Notes under the pieces: model-generated
The model's input: the letters and a program-made list of their open reading frames with translations, nothing else
Database searches by the model: none
What the model was told of the DNA's origin: nothing
Source of the DNA: a virus
DNA: 64,000 nucleotides
Reading direction: 5' to 3' (one strand)
Virus record (IMG/VR): IMGVR_UViG_3300025030_000076
Span: 1-64,000 of that record
Program-made: the position numbers and the translations under genes
Part shown: piece by piece, positions 57,984 through 64,000 of the stretch
Layout: every line of letters starts with the position of its first letter
How positions within the stretch are numbered: position 1 is the first letter of the stretch

Positions 57984-58364
57984 CTACAACGTCGAACCAT
58001 CCGGGGAGGTCTGCGGGGTCAGGGAATCGACTTCTGAAGTAGAGTTCAATTGACCCCCTTTCGCGTTTGGGATGGTAGATTCCACAAGTGCTTCGCTAAA
58101 TTTGTTGATAGCATCCGCCGCTTCATCCCGGCTCAATTCATCAAATATTGCATACGCTTCGTCTTGCGGAAGGTACTGATTATTTTCGTCAGCCATGAAG
58201 CGACAGGATAGAATCTGGATTTGTTCCAGAAACTCGTCGTTAATATCGTTGCCTTGTGCTTTCAAGCGCCTGAATTTTTGCACCTTTTTTATGTCTTTCC
58301 ACTTCAGGCGCTTCCCTACTGTTTTCGCGTCGAACAAAAACTTAATGTGTATATCCTCAGACAT
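57984..58364 (-). CDS. Tail assembly chaperone (copy B), -1 frameshift extension to ~57829
   Basis: Near-identical to 2213-2593; CCCAAAC at 58065-58071. Confidence 0.8.
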   Translation of the reverse strand: MSEDIHIKFLFDAKTVGKRLKWKDIKKVQKFRRLKAQGNDINDEFLEQIQILSCRFMADENNQYLPQDEAYAIFDELSRDEAADAINKFSEALVESTIPNAKGGQLNSTSEVDSLTPQTSPDGSTL

Positions 58365-58393
58365 TACAAACTACTTTCTCGCGCATTAGCGCG

Positions 58394-59395
58394 TTATGGA
58401 ACTGTTGCCAATTCAACTACAACGATGATCGACCCAGCGGCGGCGGCTGTGGTATCGTACGCAGACACAAACTTACCTGTCACAATATCGTTACCGTTGG
58501 CCTCCCCGATCTTCGAGAAGCTCTCCCAATAGCCGGGGAGATTGATCTTCATCGTCGGGACGCTGTATGTCGTGCCGGGAGTGGCGAATGCCGTCAAACC
58601 TTCGACTTTGACTTGCAGTAGGACAGGCGTTTGTGCGCGCCATAAAACTTTCTGCGCGGCGGCGATTGCGTCATGCTCGAATTCCAAATCACAGGTAACT
58701 ACATAATCCGTTCCCTGTGCAAAAGAGAAGTCGAGCCGCCCGTCTGCGGTATCCTTCGCCTCAATTCCTGATGCAAACTTGAAATTGACGCCCCGCACCG
58801 TATTGGACTTGATCGTCGTTCCAACCGTGCCGCCAATCGCATCTTGATAGATTTTCGTCAATCCGAAATTCATGTTGTTGACAGCCAGCAGGGATAGACC
58901 GGCTGAGAAGGCGCCCAGGGCCGGGGCGCGCCCCTGGATATTCGCCTGCAACTGGTATGCGGTGCGCCCGTTGCCGGATAGCGTCCAGTCCTTGACGAAA
59001 CAATACGCCATGCGCTCAACTTCGTTATCATCCCCGCCCTCGATGGAATAAGTTTTGATCGCGTTGCCTGCGGTAGTGGGGAACGCATAGGTATAGATGT
59101 AGTCAGTCCCTGCGCCGTCCTGGGAACCGGCAACGGTTTTTACACTCATTTCAAGGATGTGCAGGAGACCCTCAAATGTCGCGGGGGTTTGGCTAATTGC
59201 CAGCGTCCCACCCTTCATGGGTACATTCGTGCGGGTCGTGCCGCTGATAATCCCGATGTCCTCACTGACACGTTGCACCTGGATATTGTCCAGGATCGTC
59301 CCGATGCCGCGAAAAATAAATGTCGCGGATGAGGTTGTCCCGGCTGTTGCCTCCCTGTAAAACTGGAGCTTTCTCAAACTTCTACGACCAGCCAT
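58394..59395 (-). CDS. Major tail tube protein (copy B)
   Basis: Homologue of 3013-4014. Confidence 0.75.
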   Translation of the reverse strand: MAGRRSLRKLQFYREATAGTTSSATFIFRGIGTILDNIQVQRVSEDIGIISGTTRTNVPMKGGTLAISQTPATFEGLLHILEMSVKTVAGSQDGAGTDYIYTYAFPTTAGNAIKTYSIEGGDDNEVERMAYCFVKDWTLSGNGRTAYQLQANIQGRAPALGAFSAGLSLLAVNNMNFGLTKIYQDAIGGTVGTTIKSNTVRGVNFKFASGIEAKDTADGRLDFSFAQGTDYVVTCDLEFEHDAIAAAQKVLWRAQTPVLLQVKVEGLTAFATPGTTYSVPTMKINLPGYWESFSKIGEANGNDIVTGKFVSAYDTTAAAAGSIIVVVELATVP

Positions 59396-59601
59396 TATTC
59401 ACCTTCCTTAGCCGTTTTGATTTTCTTCGGCTGTTCTATTTTTGGTTTCTCATACAGGCCGCTTGCAAGCATCCCGGCCTCATCTATTCCAAGTTCCTTC
59501 CAGAGTTCCGCACGCTCGGCGAAATCTTCGTCCATCAGGTCGCGGGCGGGTATGTGTATGAGCGCGTCACCCCGGCCAATGTAATGCAATTTAATTGCCA
59601 T
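59395..59601 (-). CDS. Small conserved virion-module protein (copy B)
   Basis: Homologue of 4014-4223. Confidence 0.65.
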   Translation of the reverse strand: MAIKLHYIGRGDALIHIPARDLMDEDFAERAELWKELGIDEAGMLASGLYEKPKIEQPKKIKTAKEGE

Positions 59602-59611
59602 GTTTGTCTCC

Positions 59612-60019
59612 TTACAATCCTACGCGGCGCGTCACCATCGTGATCTCCTCTTCGATTGCCTTCGGAAGTTTCGCGACTTCCTCCTCCTGCACGTCGCGCA
59701 GAAGGTTCCAGCGCCCTTCGTGCATCCAGGCTTGTTCCAAGCCATAGGCGTTACCCACGACATATTTTGTATATGGTGTATCGTTGCGCGTGGTATAGCC
59801 GTTTGTGTTCGGTATAATCATCCAACCACCGCCGAGCCTGCCTGTGCGGATATATCTCTGCCCCGGTCGCTCAGGCGGGTAAATCTTCATCCGGCGGACA
59901 ATCGCCTGTGATGTCTGATAGATTTGCAAGCGCCCGATTTTCGGGATCTCCGCCGACAAATCCTGCAAGCCTCGGCGCACAATATCCGCGTTGTTGATCT
60001 GGATGGATAATTGCGTCAT
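59612..60019 (-). CDS. Neck/tail-completion protein (copy B)
   Basis: Homologue of 4407-4814. Confidence 0.65.
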   Translation of the reverse strand: MTQLSIQINNADIVRRGLQDLSAEIPKIGRLQIYQTSQAIVRRMKIYPPERPGQRYIRTGRLGGGWMIIPNTNGYTTRNDTPYTKYVVGNAYGLEQAWMHEGRWNLLRDVQEEEVAKLPKAIEEEITMVTRRVGL

Positions 60020-60447
60020 AGGTTTATCTTCTGTTTCACATTCTCAAGCATGGCTCGGTAGCCGACGCAATCCACGCTAGAGTAGATATATACGGGCAGA
60101 AATTCCCATCGCAAAATCCCAAAAGTGTCAATCGAGCCGTCAAAGAAGCGGCTGGTGGTCGTGATTTCGGTTAGGAGCGCCGTGTCAACCAGGTCTACAA
60201 TCGGCAGGAGTGCGGCGATGTTCTGCGCAAGGTCGGTATGCGGCGTCAGGATGTCAACGGCAATTGTCGCAAGGTGTTGCATCGTCCCGGTCTCGCTGAT
60301 CTCGGTCATTGAGGTCATAAGATACGTCAGTGCAAAAATCCGTTCGTTGATATTTTCCTGCGGCGTCGCGGGCGCGGCTCCGATGCCCGCCACCGCCGCC
60401 ACGACCTCAGCAACTTCCGTTACCGCTGTGGTATAGTCCTGCGTCAC
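60016..60447 (-). CDS. Putative tail terminator (copy B)
   Basis: Homologue of 4811-5242. Confidence 0.5.
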   Translation of the reverse strand: MTQDYTTAVTEVAEVVAAVAGIGAAPATPQENINERIFALTYLMTSMTEISETGTMQHLATIAVDILTPHTDLAQNIAALLPIVDLVDTALLTEITTTSRFFDGSIDTFGILRWEFLPVYIYSSVDCVGYRAMLENVKQKINL

Positions 60448-61388
60448 GTAATCCTCACATAAGGACAGAGGAGCTTTTCAACATCCGGGTCGAGCGCCGG
60501 GATGGTTAGCGTAATCGTGCCAACGCTGGACGCCCCGGCCTGTCCAAGCGCGGTGTTGAAGCGTTTATATTCGCGATTGCTTTGCAGGATACAAGCCAGC
60601 ACAACAGTTTTCGGAACCGACGCCCAGCCGAATGAGGCGGTGACTTTCACGCCCTTTTTTGTGCCAGGAAACGAGTAATCTCCCTCAGGTGTGGTTTCTA
60701 TCATCTGGTAAGGCCAGCCATCCAGCGTCGCGTTGAATGATGTCAAGTCGTAGTCTGTCGTCGCCCAAGTCGTTTCATACGTTCTGTCCCCGTCCTCATC
60801 TGTGACAAGCGTCAGCCCGCTTGAGGTTGAGATGTCATCCACGAACATCAGGTCGCCTTCGTCAGCGGTGTAATATCTCGTTTCGGATGCGGAGAAGAAG
60901 CGGCGGGCGCATTTGTTGTCTATCAGGCGCGAGACGGCTTCGATGATGGTTTCCAAAATCTCATCATGGGTCGTGTTCGAGAAATTCAGCACGTCAGACG
61001 ATTTGAGTTGCGCCAGCGTGACGTAGCCGTTTGTCATCCCCGTTCCGGCGGTCGTATTCGTGGATGTTGGCGCGGCGGTCAGGCCGGTACAAGTGCCGTT
61101 TGCAATGGCAATATTCAGCGTGTCATCATTGGCGACCGCGATATGTTTTGTCAGGACTACATTCGCGCCGCTGCCGGATACCAAAAACAGCGCCGCCACA
61201 TCCACATCGAAGGCCAGCGCCGTGCGTATCAGCCCGCCAACAATGGAGGCGGTATCTGCTGAAGTGACGGCGACTGAGATAGCCTTCGGCGTGTTTGCCA
61301 TGCCGAGCGCGGTCACGGTCACAGTAGCATTCCCCGAGCCGGTGACTGTCCCGACGACGGTCGCGGTTTCAACTTGTTTTGTGGTCAT
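60444..61388 (-). CDS. Head-tail adaptor (copy B)
   Basis: Homologue of 5352-6296. Confidence 0.75.
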   Translation of the reverse strand: MTTKQVETATVVGTVTGSGNATVTVTALGMANTPKAISVAVTSADTASIVGGLIRTALAFDVDVAALFLVSGSGANVVLTKHIAVANDDTLNIAIANGTCTGLTAAPTSTNTTAGTGMTNGYVTLAQLKSSDVLNFSNTTHDEILETIIEAVSRLIDNKCARRFFSASETRYYTADEGDLMFVDDISTSSGLTLVTDEDGDRTYETTWATTDYDLTSFNATLDGWPYQMIETTPEGDYSFPGTKKGVKVTASFGWASVPKTVVLACILQSNREYKRFNTALGQAGASSVGTITLTIPALDPDVEKLLCPYVRIT

Positions 61389-61570
61389 GCTGTTCCCATA
61401 GTGGTAAGTAGCACGCCTAGTATTTGGTTAAGTTCTTTTATGGCTTCATCGCGTCCACATGAACAATGCCGATCACAGCTAAATACCCAAAAAGTACAAT
61501 GCTTCGAATGGTATTTCAGCATCTTGTCAAGCGCCTTTGTTTTGGGTGCTTTAGTTTTCTTGGTTGTCAT
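61385..61570 (-). CDS. Small Cys/His-rich protein, copy B-specific
   Basis: Occupies the slot held by the methyltransferase in copy A. Confidence 0.55.
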   Translation of the reverse strand: MTTKKTKAPKTKALDKMLKYHSKHCTFWVFSCDRHCSCGRDEAIKELNQILGVLLTTMGTA

Positions 61571-62306
61571 TTATTACAGGCTCTCCCGTATTGTGAAAAT
61601 CACTCACGCTATCCCAAGCAATGAAATCGGCGCTGGATGTGGGAATGTCGCCAGCCACATGACCAGCTATACAGGAGCGGTCTACAAACGCTTCGTAACC
61701 AGCAGCCCGCGCGTATTCGTAGAAGCGCCGATCCTCCCCGCCGCCTGAAGTCTCGTTGTCGCAGGCAAACCACAAGCCATCACCCTGGTCGGGTACTTTG
61801 GCGCGGATGTCCTCAAAGACAGTCCGGTGTATCAGCGTGCAGGCGGTCGCGGTGAAGCCGACAGAGACAAGCGCATCGGGGGGGCAGGGGTCTATCAAGA
61901 ACGGCCCAAACTTGATCCACTCTTTATGATCGTAGAACCATTCGCGAGTATCATTGATTCTCATCACATAATGGCCTTCATCTCTATCGTAGGATTTCCA
62001 AATCTGTGGGACGACCGGGTTATGTCGCATGAACACCAGCGCCGATATAAGGGGCTTATCCCAGGACAGTAATCGCTTCAATGTTTCAGGGACGAAAACA
62101 ACATCGTGGTGCGTCGAGAATATCCATTCGGCGTCGGTTGCGAGAAACTCCCGCACAATATCATTCCAGACGACACGAACCGAGCCAGCGCCGCTCTGCT
62201 TAAATGTCCGCTTTGCGCCATCAGGCAAGAGCAGGTTTACCCACGAGTGAACGCACGACCACGGAGGCGGCGCGCCAGACGAGGGAACCCAATGGAATAT
62301 GTGCAA
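61551..62306 (-). CDS. Glycosyltransferase-like protein (copy B)
   Basis: Homologue of 6916-7662. Confidence 0.65.
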   Translation of the reverse strand: MHIFHWVPSSGAPPPWSCVHSWVNLLLPDGAKRTFKQSGAGSVRVVWNDIVREFLATDAEWIFSTHHDVVFVPETLKRLLSWDKPLISALVFMRHNPVVPQIWKSYDRDEGHYVMRINDTREWFYDHKEWIKFGPFLIDPCPPDALVSVGFTATACTLIHRTVFEDIRAKVPDQGDGLWFACDNETSGGGEDRRFYEYARAAGYEAFVDRSCIAGHVAGDIPTSSADFIAWDSVSDFHNTGEPVINDNQEN

Positions 62307-62364
62307 GATAAAACGCTTTCCGGGGGAGGCAATTGCTCGCCTCCCCCATTACTTATCAGTAGTG

Positions 62365-62802
62365 TTAGACGGTTACGACTTCGATGCTGGATGCTGTTGG
62401 CGGACGATTGATGCCGTTGTACAGTTCCACCACGCACGAATGCGGGACGGCTGTCGAGAGCAGTGAGCCACCGGAGACAAGCAGCCAGGGCGTACCCGCT
62501 GAAATAGGTACATCCACTTCCAGCGTGACCGAGGTGCTCGATAGCACGCCGGAGGTCACAGCGGCCAGAGATGCGCTTGCGATAGCAGCGTAAGTTGCGC
62601 CGGATGTGGACGCCTGCCAGGGTCCAATACCCGCCGAAAGTGCGGCGGTCGTTGCGGCGCCGTTACCGAAATTGAAGATGAAGTGCGCGCGGGAGTATCC
62701 GGTCGCGTCGACCTTTGTTCCGACCAGCGCACCAACTTGTCCGCCGCTGGCTGCTACTGCAACCATCGACTTCTGGACATCAGGATTCTTGTTGCGTGAC
62801 AT
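62365..62802 (-). CDS. Putative capsid decoration protein (copy B)
   Basis: Homologue of 7714-8151. Confidence 0.6.
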   Translation of the reverse strand: MSRNKNPDVQKSMVAVAASGGQVGALVGTKVDATGYSRAHFIFNFGNGAATTAALSAGIGPWQASTSGATYAAIASASLAAVTSGVLSSTSVTLEVDVPISAGTPWLLVSGGSLLSTAVPHSCVVELYNGINRPPTASSIEVVTV

Positions 62803-62813
62803 GTCATCACCTC

Positions 62814-63977
62814 TTATGCAGCGTTGGTCAGATAGTAGAATGCTTCGCTCTGAAGTACTCCGCCACCGCGGAAGATAGAGGCGAAGATACCGATTTGCCC
62901 GGTTGCCATGTACAGGTAGGGGTTGCGCTGTACGACCATGCCCGGCTTTTCCACTACTGCGTAGTAGGAGAAATTGCCGAACACGACGCACTTGGCTGAG
63001 GCTGTGGTATACGGGTCAAGGTCGTCATCAATGACAGCCTTGTAGCCGAAGAAATCGCCATCCTGCGGGGTCTGCACGTATGCAAACGGGACAGCCGATG
63101 TTCCGCCACTGCCTTTGAGATACCATTTGGTCTTATTCGCCATGAGCATGGCGGACTCGGACGGCACGTTATACCCGCCGCCGAGATAGCCGATCAGGGC
63201 CGAAAGTTCTGAAGGCAGAATGACATCGGTCGTGGCGGTCGTGTTTGCAACCGTCGCGCCGGTCACGATACCCTCAGGCTGCGCCGTGCCTGTGCCTGTG
63301 GTGTAGATGGTGTTCTCGGTGTTGGCAACCGCACGACCCAGGGCATTGGTAAACCATGCTTCCCAGTTCGTGCCGTTGTACATCAAGAACTCTTCATTCA
63401 TCTTGGTCAGCTTGGTGTACTTGTACAAGATGAGGTCTTTCTGCGATACCGTGCCCTCATTCTCATCGTATGTACCAGCCTCAGCCGTCAGGACGAAATC
63501 GGTTAGCTTGGTGTCTTCACGCGGGACCAACAGGTGATCGGAAGGGGTCGTCAGGAACGTGCAAGGAACCTGCCGCGCCCACGACATAATGTCGCGCTTG
63601 GCGATGATCTGGTTGTACAGGGGATCAGGAACCAGGAATCCACCGCTTGCTCCGGTCGTGATGTTCCAGGCCGCCTTGCCTGCCTTGATGTTGTCGAAGG
63701 ACGAGTCGGGGCGGATCAGCCCTTGATTTTCCTGCCCGGTCTTGAGCCAGGACTTGAATGCTCCGATACCATCGTTGTCATCGTCGGTCGGCTCGGTGGG
63801 GTGGTAGAACTTCTGCGGCCCGTGCTCCTTCAATTCCTCAATGGCCTTTTTGTACCCGGCGTCCTCAGCAGCTTTCAATTCTGCCGCCTTCTGCAATTCC
63901 GCCTGGGTTTTCGCTTCGCGCATTGCAAGCGCGTCTGCGACCGCCTTATCAACGGCGGATTTGATTTCTTCTTCCAT
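62814..63977 (-). CDS. Major capsid protein (copy B; upstream protease part outside window)
   Basis: Homologue of 8163-9332; same GGAG-ATG. Confidence 0.9.
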   Translation of the reverse strand: MEEEIKSAVDKAVADALAMREAKTQAELQKAAELKAAEDAGYKKAIEELKEHGPQKFYHPTEPTDDDNDGIGAFKSWLKTGQENQGLIRPDSSFDNIKAGKAAWNITTGASGGFLVPDPLYNQIIAKRDIMSWARQVPCTFLTTPSDHLLVPREDTKLTDFVLTAEAGTYDENEGTVSQKDLILYKYTKLTKMNEEFLMYNGTNWEAWFTNALGRAVANTENTIYTTGTGTAQPEGIVTGATVANTTATTDVILPSELSALIGYLGGGYNVPSESAMLMANKTKWYLKGSGGTSAVPFAYVQTPQDGDFFGYKAVIDDDLDPYTTASAKCVVFGNFSYYAVVEKPGMVVQRNPYLYMATGQIGIFASIFRGGGVLQSEAFYYLTNAA

Positions 63978-64000
63978 GATGTTCTCCCTTTGTTTGGTAA

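Larger units (their letters stand above)
1..64000. mobile_element. Tailed bacteriophage (siphovirus-like) DNA: ~55-kb genome unit plus a diverged second copy of the head-tail module
   Basis: Terminase, portal, HK97-type capsid, tail tube, chaperone, tape measure, RecT and replication initiator in canonical order; no host housekeeping genes seen. Confidence 0.95.

Noticed and set aside
54800-64000. Terminal redundancy of a single genome
   Set aside because: Copies differ by many substitutions, gene insertions and tape-measure cores.

Overview
The whole window is tailed-phage DNA. It holds about one complete ~55-kb siphovirus-like genome plus ~9 kb of a second, closely related but non-identical copy of the head/tail module (1-9.35 kb versus 54.8-64 kb). 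Terminase, portal, protease-capsid, tail, RecT and DnaD-type initiator genes are present, but I recognise no integrase. The host is unknown; Chloroflexota/Anaerolineae is a weak guess from lipoprotein signals and GAAC-N4-GTTC boxes. Three things stand out. (1) An inverted three-part element at 10.56-11.66 kb: an HNH nuclease, a stand-alone Cas7/RAMP-like gene, and a 16-unit GGY-NN pentamer array. Read as codon positions 1+2, its variable dinucleotides decode to the VVIARLFTFYG(D/E) motif of a homologue of the neighbouring NDP-sugar epimerase gene. This suggests a gapped, wobble-blind RNA-guided homing or anti-competitor system. (2) A phage-borne integron-like array of ~14 attC sites and cassettes (44.07-48.45 kb) with no integron integrase in the window, where many ORFs read through the attC hairpins. 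(3) A 3,6-dideoxy/branched-sugar biosynthesis cluster inside the head operon, plus a glycosyltransferase-like gene. All calls are by-eye motif and synteny recognition; no searches were run.
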